Positions 1 through 14,958 of a stretch of DNA of 64,000 nt are shown here, in pieces. Within the stretch, counting starts at the first letter, position 1. Each line of letters opens with the position of its first letter. Origin of the DNA: Octopus sinensis (lineage: Eukaryota); contig NC_043011.1 of NCBI RefSeq assembly GCF_006345805.1, positions 38,576,464 through 38,640,463 of the forward strand, read 5' to 3'. The notes beneath the pieces were generated by a model that saw nothing but the letters and a program-made list of their open reading frames with translations, had not been told where the DNA came from and ran no database searches. The translations under genes were made by a program, and so were the position numbers.

Positions 1-168
1 GATTAAGTCGATTATATCGACCCCAGTGCGTAACTGGTACTTATTTAATCGACCCCGAAAGGATAAAAGGCAAAGTCGACCTCGGCGGAATTTGAACTCA
101 GAACGTAACCGGCAGGCGAAATACGGCTACGCATTTCGCCTGGCGTGCTAACGTTTCTGCCAGCTAGC
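1..168 (-). mobile_element. tRNA-derived SINE, family A (octopus OR/OK-type), truncated by window edge
   Basis: Reverse complement matches the full copy at 21523-21752 (ggcgagctggcagaaacgttagcacgcc...gtcgactttgcctttcatcctttcggggtcgat). Confidence 0.9.
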
Positions 169-1192
169 CGTTTCAATAATAGAAAAGTTAATATGGTAAT
201 TATAAAAAATTGCTTTTTAACCATGTTAAAGCATTTAACCTTTGTGTGTAATGCTTTCTTTTTGTATTAGCGACTTTTGTAAATGTTTAGTATTGCTCCA
301 ATATGAGTTTTTTTAGCTCTTAAACTCTTAAGTTTATAATGAGCATCAAATATTTGCCAGTTGGCATGTTATTTAGATAAAGAAGAGAAATATGTATAGA
401 GGGATTCAGATTCGATAAGTGAGGTACAGTGTGGCAGAAGATCAAGAGCATAAAAAAATTTATAATCATAGAGGAATGACAAAGCGACAAACAAGAAGTG
501 GATCTATCATTTTGAATAAAATATAAAATAAATGGAGAAAACTTCATGGTTATAGGGGAAAGATGCGAAAAGAAATAACGAAATTCAAGACCAACTGAAC
601 GTAGATAGAAAGAAGTTGAACGTAGAAAGAAGATGAGATATGCAATAGAAACGATATTTTTCTTGAGGAGGAATTTAAAAGCAAATATTAAGTATTAGGT
701 TTCTTTCTAAGGCATATGACAGGCGGATGGGACAGAGAAAGAAAAAAGAAATTTGAGTGAAATTTGTCGAGCCATATACTGGCAGTATAAGGAAAGCAAT
801 TCATCATTGCTTAAAAGAATATTTTTTTTTTAAAAAGTAGTACGAGCATAAAAGTAATGCGAGAAGTTACACAAGATTCTATAGATGTTGTATTGAATTT
901 ATCCACTTTAGTGTATGATACAACAGTGAGATAAATAAACTTTGAAGCAAAACTAAAGAGGACAAATAACTGTAGGATATATTTCTTACCATTTCTTTCA
1001 TATGATTCTTACAGAAAAGTGCAGTTCACTTATGTTTAACTACCTTTCATAGACGAGACTATTGATACACTTTAGTTCAAGGTCAAACTTGAATGATTAC
1101 AACTACGATAAGAGGACATTCTTGCTATGAACATCTCTTCTGTTTGAGACATGTTTAAGAACACATCCTCTCTCTCTCTCCCTCTCTCTCTC

Positions 1193-1360
1193 TTTATGTT
1201 CAATAACTACAGATAGCTTCATTGACTTTCACCGAAGGCCGGTGATATTTGAATCTTTAGTGGGATAACAAAAGTGGCTTCTCGTTGCCTTCTACGTATT
1301 TTAATTACAGCTAGTCTCACTCACTTTAACTAACTCTTTCACTTCTCTCTCTCTCTCTCT

Positions 1361-1405
<45 letters not shown>

Positions 1406-1549
1406 ATGTTCAATACCTACAGGTATCTTCATGAACTTTCACCGAAGGCCGGTGATGGTTGAATCTTAGTGGGATAACAAAAGTGGCTTCTCGTTGCTTT
1501 CTACGTATTTTAATTGCACCTAGTCTCACTCACTTTATCAACCTCTTTC

Positions 1550-1555
<6 letters not shown>
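1193..1555. repeat. Two diverged copies of a ~155-bp unit separated by (CT)n
   Basis: tttatgttcaat..actacag...ccgaaggccggtgat...gtgggataacaaaagtggcttctcgttg...ctttcacttctctc at ~1193 and ~1403. Confidence 0.85.
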
Positions 1556-1587
<32 letters not shown>

Positions 1588-1978
1588 GCCTCTCTTATCC
1601 TTAAAGCACAATGCCTATTTAAGCCTCAAGAACTTGAAGAGGGGAAACTGCTTTATTTGGCATCATGGCATGTCAAGACATCGGTGTATCTGTGCTACAC
1701 ATCTCCGCGTTTTCTATACCTTAACCACTACATAATCTCCTACTATATCACCAATAGCTTCTGCGAATATCAAGTACCCAGCATCATAGATCAGAGTGGA
1801 CGTGAGATTAGTTGTAACTAAGAAGCATATCCATTGTCCACAGTACTTCTGAACTTTCGAGAAGTAACTTTATCAGCAGGAGCAGTTTAATGACTTGTCC
1901 AGGAATATTCGTTACATTCTGCAGTATTGTTAATACTTTAAAACTAATTGTTCTCCTCTTTATGCCGCACACACACAC

Positions 1979-2010
<32 letters not shown>

Positions 2011-2012
<2 letters not shown>

Positions 2013-2570
2013 GAGCAAAACGCCCCCCGTGCAATGGACGGTGCTGAGTTGTCAAACATTTAAACCAAATTTTCTCAAAACTTTTCATTAAAAAATAATT
2101 AAGCATGCCTTGATTTCAATAAAATTTGGGGTTTTGTTAGGCGAAGTTAAGGCAAAAAAAAAATACTTCTTGAGAAACCAAATAGTCTTTCCTCCCTTCA
2201 TGCCAAGTTTGAAGAAAATATCTTTTTTGCATCTTACTTTTTTGGTCTCCTAAATATACTGCATTTTGTGGCATTATTTCAAGCCAGCCGGCTTTTTTTG
2301 CGCAAACTGCACGCGCATTTTTCTCGCGTACGCGTAATATCGATCGCAACAGCTGATGTACTTGCGCATTGAAATGCACGTTCCCACGGCTTTATCGATC
2401 GCATTCTCACCTGGAATCGATTTTTGTAATTTTTTCAAGACTTATACACGCCCTAATGCCGTCGGTATCTACCCATCAACTTTGAGCGCAATTGGATGGA
2501 GGATGCCCGAGATCCAAGAAGACACACACACACACACAGACAGAACGGATTTTACATAATATATGTATAT
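2011..2570 (+). mobile_element. DINE-1/Helentron-like non-autonomous element
   Basis: 5' acgagcaaaacgcccc; 3' catcaactttgagcgcaattgg...acacacagacagaacggattttacataatatat; same layout as 22820-23205. Confidence 0.5.
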
Positions 2571-2574
2571 ATAT

Positions 2575-2645
2575 ACACATACATACATACATACATACAT
2601 ACATACATACATACATACATACATACATACATACATACATACATA
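2575..2645. repeat. (TACA)n microsatellite
   Basis: Direct reading. Confidence 0.95.
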
Positions 2646-3422
2646 CACAAACGCACACATACAGAGAAATGCTTTCTGCTGCATATTGCTTGAATATACT
2701 TTCTTTTCTCCGTTTTAAATTTACACCCGTCCTCATAAATAGCAAGTAGTTATCAGTAAAACACTTTTCTCATAATAATGAGTTGTGTGTCTTGTCCAAG
2801 AACACAATATCATATAGTTCTTTCAGTAAACTTTGAATTTCTCGTTAAAAAAAATAATCTTGCTCAGTAAGCAACCCACTTAAATTAATCACATAATTCA
2901 CGCTCAGTATTAATAAATAATATCCAAGTATTGTATTTCCTTTTGTATCTAAAATGTACGCTTAATTGTCGAACAAGTAAACTTATTCAGAATAATGCCA
3001 GGAGACAAATACTGTTTGAACATCAATCAATCAATTATCCTTTTGTCGAGGGATTCACAAAATAAAATTTTCAATTTCTATCAATTCTCAGGTTTCATGC
3101 TATTATTTCGGTACACCTCCACCCAACCAACACTCAACTGGGAGCTCCGTGATATGGTTCCCAGTAAAATAGTGATTTTAAAAAACAAACCTTTTTGTGT
3201 AATGTTTTCTTGTTATATGTGAATAAATAGTAACTGCAATATATAACTCATTATTAAATATTTCATTAATCTAACTCCTATCCGTCTATCAGTATCATGC
3301 TTATTATTATTATTATTATTGTTGTTGTTGTTGTTGTTATTGTTGTTGTTGTTGTTGTTGTTGTTTCTGTTGTTGTTGCTGTTGCTGTCGTTGTTGTTGT
3401 TGTTACTATCGTCATTATTACT

Positions 3423-3625
3423 AAGGTGGTGAGCTGGCAGAATCGTTAGCACACCGGGTAAAATGCTTAGCGGCATCTCGTCCATCTTGACGATCTACGT
3501 TCAAATTCTGCAGAAGTCGACTTTAGTCTCTTCGGGGTCGATAAATTAAGTACTAGTAAAATACTGGGGTGGATGTAATCGACTTGTCTCCTGTCCCAAA
3601 ACTTCAGGCTTTGTGCCTTCAGTGA
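3423..3625 (+). mobile_element. SINE family A, diverged
   Basis: ggtgagctggcagaatcgttagcac...gtcgactttagtctcttcggggtcgataaattaagtac. Confidence 0.85.
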
Positions 3626-3634
3626 AAATTATTA

Positions 3635-3690
<56 letters not shown>

Positions 3691-4224
3691 GAGAGAGAGA
3701 GCAGTATGTGCCATCAAAGTGACACTGGCGTAAAATATACGAAACCCAGTATACCCATCATGACTACCCGTCTGATAAGGGTACACTAGGCACATGCATC
3801 ACAACCATATGTGCGCGACATGGTAATCTCATATCAAGATAAACAGCATATGACCGTGCAGGTAGGGCCCAGTTAGAATTTTCTTCTAGTCGAGTAGCCT
3901 ACCCCATTCAAAAGATACTTGAATAAAGGTTGTTTATGGCAGTTGAACAATACACCTATGCTTCCAGAGGTGAATTATTCGAACCCCCAAAAATTCCTCT
4001 CAACACATGTCTATCATGCTCCCTCACTACTTCTGCTTGTGATCAAAGATGCACATATCATCAGTCACTAAGAAACATGGTCAACGGACAAGAAAATCTG
4101 TTATTGAGCAGCATATTTGCTGTAGCCCATCTTTTATACAAAGACAAGACATTTACATGATAACATTTCCAGCCGTTTAAGATCAGAAGCCATGAGAGCC
4201 AGTGCCTGGAATTGCACTACGGCA
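3691..4224. repeat. 534-bp interspersed-type repeat embedded in (ATT)n, copy 1
   Basis: gagagagagagcagtatgtgcc...ttgcactacggca; apparently identical to 4399-4932; flanked by (ATT)n on both sides. Confidence 0.9.
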
Positions 4225-4286
4225 TTACTATTATTATTATTACTATTATTATTATTATATTATTATTATTTATTATTATTATTATT

Positions 4287-4379
<93 letters not shown>

Positions 4380-4398
4380 TATTATTATTATTATTATT

Positions 4399-4932
4399 GA
4401 GAGAGAGAGCAGTATGTGCCATCAAAGTGACACTGGCGTAAAATATACGAAACCCAGTATACCCATCATGACTACCCGTCTGATAAGGGTACACTAGGCA
4501 CATGCATCACAACCATATGTGCGCGACATGGTAATCTCATATCAAGATAAACAGCATATGACCGTGCAGGTAGGGCCCAGTTAGAATTTTCTTCTAGTCG
4601 AGTAGCCTACCCCATTCAAAAGATACTTGAATAAAGGTTGTTTATGGCAGTTGAACAATACACCTATGCTTCCAGAGGTGAATTATTCGAACCCCCAAAA
4701 ATTCCTCTCAACACATGTCTATCATGCTCCCTCACTACTTCTGCTTGTGATCAAAGATGCACATATCATCAGTCACTAAGAAACATGGTCAACGGACAAG
4801 AAAATCTGTTATTGAGCAGCATATTTGCTGTAGCCCATCTTTTATACAAAGACAAGACATTTACATGATAACATTTCCAGCCGTTTAAGATCAGAAGCCA
4901 TGAGAGCCAGTGCCTGGAATTGCACTACGGCA
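4399..4932. repeat. 534-bp interspersed-type repeat embedded in (ATT)n, copy 2
   Basis: Offset 708 bp from copy 1; identical 76-aa ORFs at 3930 and 4638. Confidence 0.9.
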
Positions 4933-5210
<278 letters not shown>

Positions 5211-5454
5211 GTTGCTAATCGTAGGCAGTCTGGGGAAAGTGTTTACCGATGGTTCGTCCGGCTTTACGTTCTCAATACAAATTCCATCGAGATTGACAAT
5301 GTCCTTCATCGTTTTGATGTCGATGAAATATTCACTAGCGCCGATGCTATCGACGAACCCCCTCACCAACACCGCTACTATCACGACGAAATTTCAAATC
5401 TTGAGCCCACGGGAGAAATGATAGTTTGTGTGGTGGGACTGTAGAAATATTAGC

Positions 5455-5560
5455 TGGGAAGCTCTTCAAACACCTTGATCTTGGCCACCAGCTCGGCGTT
5501 GATGTTGCAAGTAGAGCCGTCGGTGTCTTCTGAATTGCACCCCACACATAGTAATCTGTA
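5455..5560 (-). pseudogene. Tc1/mariner-superfamily transposase C-terminal fragment, frameshifted
   Basis: DYYVWGAIQ / KDTDGSTCNINAELVAKIKVFEELP, resembling the segment after the third catalytic Asp (PLDYYVWG). Confidence 0.65.
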
Positions 5561-5569
5561 GAATTAAGA

Positions 5570-5847
5570 TCAGAGACCCCATTAGGGTACCTTAATATTA
5601 TTGAAATTTGCTGATATTTTGGGAAGTGACATCATTTCTGTTTAATTTCTGTTTAATTACCTATGGTTTAAATTTCATTTAAATCAACAAGAAAATTTTT
5701 TTTCAGTGGGTGGGGGCTTGTGCCCCCGGGGACCCTTTGATCAAAAGTGGAATATACTTATCCAAGTACACTGGGTAACGGGGGAGGATCTATCTCAAAA
5801 CCCAAGGATGAATTCGGTAACAAACAGGCGGACAGCAACTACAGATT

Positions 5848-5855
<8 letters not shown>
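5570..5855 (+). mobile_element. DINE-1/Helentron-like 3' fragment
   Basis: Ends aaacaggcggacagcaactacagatttatatatat, like the other DINE-like 3' ends in the window. Confidence 0.35.
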
Positions 5856-5903
<48 letters not shown>

Positions 5904-6028
5904 TATGTATGTACGTATGTATTTACATACCTTCGAACAGAGAGCAAAACACAATCAAACAGAGAGACTGACAGACAGACAGACAGACAGATAGATAGAT
6001 AGGTAGATATATGAATATACATATATAC

Positions 6029-6063
<35 letters not shown>

Positions 6064-7529
6064 TGTATGTATATATATATACATGTATATATGTATACGT
6101 GAATGTGTGTGTCTGTGTCTGTGTACGTTTGTGTGTATTAGTGTGAGTCGGTCATTGTGTCTATGTATGTCAGTGTGAGAGTGTGTGTGTTACGTGTTTG
6201 TGTGTGTGTCTCTGTGTGAGTGTCTGTACTGTGTTATACTCCATATTGGTCATGTCATGTACGTGGCTGTAGAATAGAAACTCAACGAAACTGATGAAGC
6301 CACAACAATAGTAATTAAGACATATATTTCAATCTAATGATTCTTTCACAGTTAATGAATTACATTAATCCATTTAGCTAATGCATCTGTTTTCTCAGAG
6401 GAAATTCCACTAATCCACCAATACCAAATGTATATCTCTGTGGGGTATACAACATTAAATCATAGATCACGTGATCGCAGACGTCTAAGTTTTTGTCGAT
6501 CGTAAATAGCTATGCCATGCAACATAATTTTAAGTAGTACTAACTGAATGATTTGTGTTAGAATTTTACATACGGAAGGAAGGTACAATGTGCGCTTCTG
6601 AGTTTTTGAAACATTTTCAGGACAGACTTTTATTAATTTCAAAGAAACAAAAAACTCTATTCTCCTTCGGTGTAGGATCCTCTAATTCCAAGGGCCTTGC
6701 TGTAGAGCTCCAATCCTATTCTAGATTACCGGAGTGAAAACCACCAAGTGTGATTTATAGAGAATCGGGTTGATATTTTTAGCCTAGCTTCTCATGTGAC
6801 TGTATTGAGTCTATAGAAATCATATGTCAGCTAACAGAACATTTTCTTGAAAGTTTCCCTGAAGCATGTGTCATAAAGATGAAATATTGAAATATGTAGT
6901 AAATGTACAACCGATCGAACTGTAAAATTTTAAGTAATTTGCGTTGTTTTCGCTTTAAAAACATAATTAAAACATTTATAACTAAGCATCAGACAATGCT
7001 CCAAGCAAACTATACTACTCTCCATACATATTAATATGCAACTTTATATTCAATGAGGGCAAGTCAACATGGTCACTTGACATGCTAGAAATAACAACTA
7101 AGATTCTCTCAAATCTCACTTCGCTGTATATAATGAGAAAATTCGATACGGTAGTCCACAGTTCACTACTGACCGGTGAAAATCCGCGATCATTAAAGCA
7201 AAAATGCTTCTGCCCAATTATAAGACTACCCAGTCTGAGTTTACAACAACAACTATGTGCGTATACGTATACAGTTACATACATACAGTTACACACTTAT
7301 ATATATGTGTGTGTGTGTGTGCGTGTGCATACGTGGTCGGATCAATAAATATCCGGACTTTTGCCATACTAATGAAGCTAAAGCTCGCAATGTAAAGACA
7401 TTGGTATAGATTGACCTTAAACTCTTCTGTGTAGGCGCACTGAGTTTTAATGTTCTATCTTATTTCGATGACAGAGCAAGCTGAGTAGTGAATCTGCATC
7501 AAATTTTACCAAAAGCTCGGCTATATCTG

Positions 7530-7900
7530 CTCAGCTGCCTACGCAAAGTTTTCAAAATGTTTTCATCGTTCACGACACAAACACGGAGATTTGTGCAACT
7601 GAAACCCGAGTGCCTCTTTGGTCAGCTGAAAGCAGTTTTAGTACAAACTTGGAACACACGCATCTCATACACAAATTTTCAGTGATAATGGACTAAACAA
7701 ATTAATCTGCATATTCTCTGATAACTCACAGATGGTGATTCGACGATTTCCCCTCATAGCTGGAAGCACATCTGTAACGTTTTTCACGGTTTCGCTTTTT
7801 CGGCCATTTTGTAAACGTCTGAAACATTCATACATTTGTGTGCGGCTCATACGCTCCTCTCCATACACTTCCTGCAACTTTGCGTAGGCCTCGAAGCAGG
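7530..7900 (-). pseudogene. mariner transposase N-terminal (HTH) fragment
   Basis: EAYAKLQEVYGEERMSRTQMYECFRRLQNGRK...NRRITICELSE, then KLLSADQ..TRVSVAQ. Confidence 0.75.
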
Positions 7901-8255
7901 TATCACCATGACAGCTTTCTCTGTCATAGCCAATGTTACAATCACACGCTACACACGTTACTTCCAAGCACTGCTGTAAGCAGCGGAAGTGAATTAGAAG
8001 ATCGAAACTTAATGTGTATGCACAGCAAAGGTCAATATCAATCTATGCTAAGTGGCTTCACTGTGGGTGCGTTAGATTTGTTACTAAGGCAATAGTCCGG
8101 TTACTTATTGACAACACATTGTGTATACATATATACACATATATACATAAGGTTATATACATACATATATATAGAAAGAGACAGACCGACAGAGAGACAG
8201 AGAGGAGAGAGACAGAGAGAGAGAGACCATTCGTTAGAGTGGCCATAGGCCAACG

Positions 8256-8328
8256 GGTTTAGAGTCTGAAGAAGCACTGTAAAGCTAAACGCTTTATAGA
8301 CGTGAAACCACGAGTAAACCCATACACC
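8256..8328 (+). ncRNA. Type-I hammerhead-like motif (PLE-type)
   Basis: CTGAAGA 8266-72; stem II ctgtaaagc/gctttatag; GAAAC 8304-08; GTA 8314-16; stem I imperfect. Confidence 0.5.
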
Positions 8329-8365
8329 GGCCAAATATATATATAAAATATATATATATATATAT

Positions 8366-8769
8366 ATCGTGACGCATATTTGCCATTTGAATATGGCTAA
8401 CCCCTAAGGGTGGATGCTACTGTAGTTTGTAGCCCCAGGAAGATATCTCCTCCAGCTGGCTATAGACACACTATCTGTGCCCTATCAGTATTTGTGAAGG
8501 GAAGTCAACCTTCCCGTCTTCAACTTATGATAGACACGGACTCAAGTTTCAAGGTGTTTACCTATCATCAGCGTGTGACAATCACAGTTGTCGACGAGAA
8601 GTCAGCTCCCTTCACAAATACATATACTTTTTCCAGTGTCGATTGACACTGATATTGAAAAAGTGAAATCAAACAATGATAAATCTCGGATATCTCCTGG
8701 GGCTACAAACTACAGTAGCATCCACCCTTAGGGGTTAGCCATATTCAAATGGCAAATACGCGTCACGAT
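8366..8769. mobile_element. MITE with ~80-bp terminal inverted repeats
   Basis: atcgtgacgcatatttgccatttgaatatggctaacccctaagggtggatgctactgtagtttgtagccccagga at left and its near-perfect reverse complement at ~8689-8769. Confidence 0.9.
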
Positions 8770-9444
8770 GTGTTACCGCTACTGTTTATAACTCGCTCTG
8801 AGATTTATCATTATATATATATACACGTATAAATACAATGCACAAATATGTATGTGTATGTGAGTATGTATGTTTGAAATGCAACGGATTACGGATTAGA
8901 AAGTCGTTTTAACTGATACACTTTGTTAAATGATGTATCTTTGGATGATGTATCTTTTCCGTCATCGTGTCGACTTCACTATAAACTCTTATATGTACTT
9001 TTTCAGTTATTTGTTGACGTGTCAGGTATTTCGTCACACCTCTGCGACCTTGTCAATATCACGATTCCACTGAAACTACCGAATATTAGTTACTGACGAG
9101 ACTATATATAGACCTCAGTGACCTCTTTTTTTCTTACTGTCCTTTCATTTATTTTCTCTCACGCTATTTTTTGTCTTTTGTTTAATTTCTCATTTTCATT
9201 TTCTGCTTGACACCATTCAGCCATTCCTCACATATAGCTTCCATTCAATTACCTCTCTCCAAGCTGCGATGTTGCATTACAAACAAGCGCCCCACTTACC
9301 CCTGCCCCACTCCACCTTACGTTGTGTGACGGTCTTTAGCTTTCAACGTATGGCGATGGGAATCATTCACTATGTGTTTTCGTTTGCATATACTGTACGC
9401 ATACACGTACACAGAAACACACATACATACACGTATAAACGGCC

Positions 9445-9481
<37 letters not shown>

Positions 9482-9514
9482 GCATATATATATACATACA
9501 CATATTCATAGTCA

Positions 9515-11867
<2,353 letters not shown>

Positions 11868-11870
<3 letters not shown>

Positions 11871-11987
11871 AATCCAAACTTACAGGGAAAAATTAGATTT
11901 AGGATTAAATCCAATTTTATAGTATAAATATATTATATTACATTATATTAAATTAGAGATAAAACCACTATTAGGCAAATCAAACAG
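11868..11987 (+). mobile_element. AT-rich interspersed repeat end (possible PLE pseudo-LTR)
   Basis: tccaaacttacagggaaaaatt...ccactattaggcaaatcaaacag; inverted copies at ~45245-45372 and ~47330-47525. Confidence 0.5.
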
Positions 11988-12342
11988 AAGAGAATTAATG
12001 CATTCGAGCTTTGGTGTTGAAGAAGACTGTTACGGATGCCATGGGCAACGAGGCTCACCAATGGAGAAGTTCTTAACCAGATCAAGCCGAATCTGTTGCT
12101 AGAAGCTAGGATCACCAAGCATAGATTGACATATTTTGGTCATATTATGAGGAGAAAATCCGTGGACAAGGACGTCATGCTCGGAATAGTCAGTGGTAAG
12201 AGAGGAAGAAACCGCTGGCTTGACACCATGAAGAGTGACACGGGAATGACCATAGCCAATCTGAAAGAACTGACCCAGGATAGAACTGGCTGGAGGACAC
12301 TGATTCGTCGAGTAACTGAGAGTCGACTTCGACTGTGCGGAT
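11988..12342 (+). mobile_element. RTE-clade LINE 3' fragment (RT C-terminus, disrupted)
   Basis: KRINAFELWC*RRLLRMPWATRLTNGEVL...RLTYFGHIMRR...GIVSGKRGRNRWLD...QDRTGWR. Confidence 0.85.
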
Positions 12343-12544
12343 ATATATATGTGTGTGTGTATGTATGTATGTAAATATGTATATGTTTGTGTGTATGCAT
12401 GTGTTTATACACGAAGAGAGGACCACCGATAGGACCTTTTACATGCTGAAAAAGACAGTCACAACCCAAACGACGAAAATATTCTTACAGCATGTAAGAA
12501 GTTCTATCGATGGTCTTCTCTGATAATCAAATATATTACGGCTT

Positions 12545-13075
12545 AAGACTTATTATTATACATGCGGACCACTGGTACTAATTTTTACCCATATATTTTT
12601 ATAGTTAAATTTGTCAATTCTTAGACCAGTTAATACACGATTGAATTTATTCCCTGCTGTACTATTCTGGCTTAGCACTGAATCTATGATGTATAAGGAT
12701 GGAACTGAATGCGCATGTGTTTACTTTCCTGTTCTCGGTCCCTATTTAAGTTTCATAATTATGCACTTTTCCCAGCGACCCTACTGATGACAAATTGATC
12801 AATTGATTAATTGATTTATCTGGTCATTAATAGCGTAACTCATGAGTATAAGGTTTATTGAATTTTTATTCATGCTAGTGCCCACAAGCAGCGTACCTTA
12901 AACGTTTTTTTCGCGGTTTGGAGACTGCCCTTTACAGCATGTCAGGAATCCTGCCGATGGTCTCCTCTTCACGTATTTATGCACTCTGATAAACAAATAT
13001 TTTACGTCGTATCACTTTTATCATACATGCGAACCACTGATAATAAATTATTTTAAGCATTTTTACCCATATATT
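12545..13075. mobile_element. Probable PLE pseudo-LTR remnant with terminal direct repeats
   Basis: atacatgcg(g/a)accactg...tttttacccatatatt at ~12557 and ~13023; degenerate hammerhead-like motif on minus strand at 12737-12780. Confidence 0.4.
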
Positions 13076-13331
13076 TATATACATATATATATTATATATA
13101 TAATATATATATATATATATTATACATATACAAACAGAGAGAGGTTATGAGAGGTAATGGTATCAATAAGACTCAAAGGTGTCAGGTAATGCTGAGTAAG
13201 AACTATGGATCAACAAATGGATCTACAAATGCAATATTCCTGCATATCTAACATCTATTTTCGTTCCTCCACTTCACTCTTTATTTCGAATCTTATCTAA
13301 ATTAACTATTGCTTAACCATTTTCTCACACC

Positions 13332-13379
13332 GTCTCCGATGAAGGGATGTAATAAATACCCTGGAAACAGCTGTAAGAC
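13332..13379 (+). ncRNA. Minimal type-I hammerhead-like motif
   Basis: GTCT-CCGATGA-AGGG..CCCT-G-GAAAC-AGCT-GTA-AGAC; palindromic stem III ACAGCTGT. Confidence 0.6.
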
Positions 13380-13459
13380 ATTCTATTTATAAAGATTCTA
13401 AAATCCTCACAGCCTTGGGTTTTTTTATCTCATTCTGAATATATATAGATATATATATA

Positions 13460-13490
<31 letters not shown>

Positions 13491-13592
13491 CGAGTATGTT
13501 GAGAAACAGAGACAAAAAGCCCTGATCAGCTGAAAAAATATACACGCATCCGCACACACACACACATATATACGTATATCATCTGTCTTTCA

Positions 13593-13624
<32 letters not shown>

Positions 13625-14189
13625 TTATTTCTCTGTGTGTTTGTTATACAGACACACACACATATATGTGTATGTATATATATGCATGTATGTATATATA
13701 TTATTGATAAATGTTATGTGTTTATATTTATGCATGTATATATGTATGTCTATGTACACATATATGTGTGTATGCATGTATGTATGTATTCGTGTACTTT
13801 TGCATGTGTTTTCTTTTTAAAGCTTTATTTAGACACAAATGATCCTTGACCAAAGAACAATGTAAATGTTTCATATAAAGTTTAAATTGTCTGTATCCGT
13901 TCCGTAATGATAAGGACAATGATATGGAAACGTATCAAAATTTCGTTTCCCACCTCACCAGCATTGAAGCAACGAGTAGATTCTTCTGTTTCACTTCATA
14001 TTAATTCACTTGTGTAATTATCAATAATTTCTAGAAATTATCTCCCCTTCACTCTTTCCTTCTATTGATATTTTCTGTCCGAAAGTTAAACGTTATTCAA
14101 GTAGAAAATCGTTGAATCTGGTACTCACTATGCACACCACCACCATTTGCTTTGCAAATCATATACGTGCCTCTATGTCCTTTGAGCAT

Positions 14190-14221
<32 letters not shown>

Positions 14222-14494
14222 CATTTCGAAACTGCTGTTGCTGATTAGGTGATCTAATCCCTGACAGCACTACGAGACCCGTCTTGACGAATAGTCTAGT
14301 AGTCCATTGTATTCTAGCCTTCTTCAACTTCCTGTGTCCCTCCATTCAGTAATGTAGGCCTAAATGAGACGGAATCCTGTAAGAAGCCTGCAAAACCTTA
14401 ATTCGCTGGAACCCAATAAAACTATTTCGAATAGTATATATATGCATACAGGAATATATACACTTGGGCATATTTATGTGTACACGCAAATTAG

Positions 14495-14958
<464 letters not shown>

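Noticed and set aside
1459-1821. 120-aa plus ORF
   Set aside because: It starts at a non-ATG codon in a duplicated unit and crosses (CT)n; the remaining ~75 codons match nothing I recognise
5235-5260. KVFTDGS resembling an RNase H first motif
   Set aside because: No downstream AEL or D motifs; the frame overlaps the antisense of a more codon-biased frame
12783-12800. Plus-strand CTGATGA as a hammerhead core (likewise CTGATGA at ~6291 and CTGACGA at ~9093)
   Set aside because: No stem II followed by GAAA at a suitable distance
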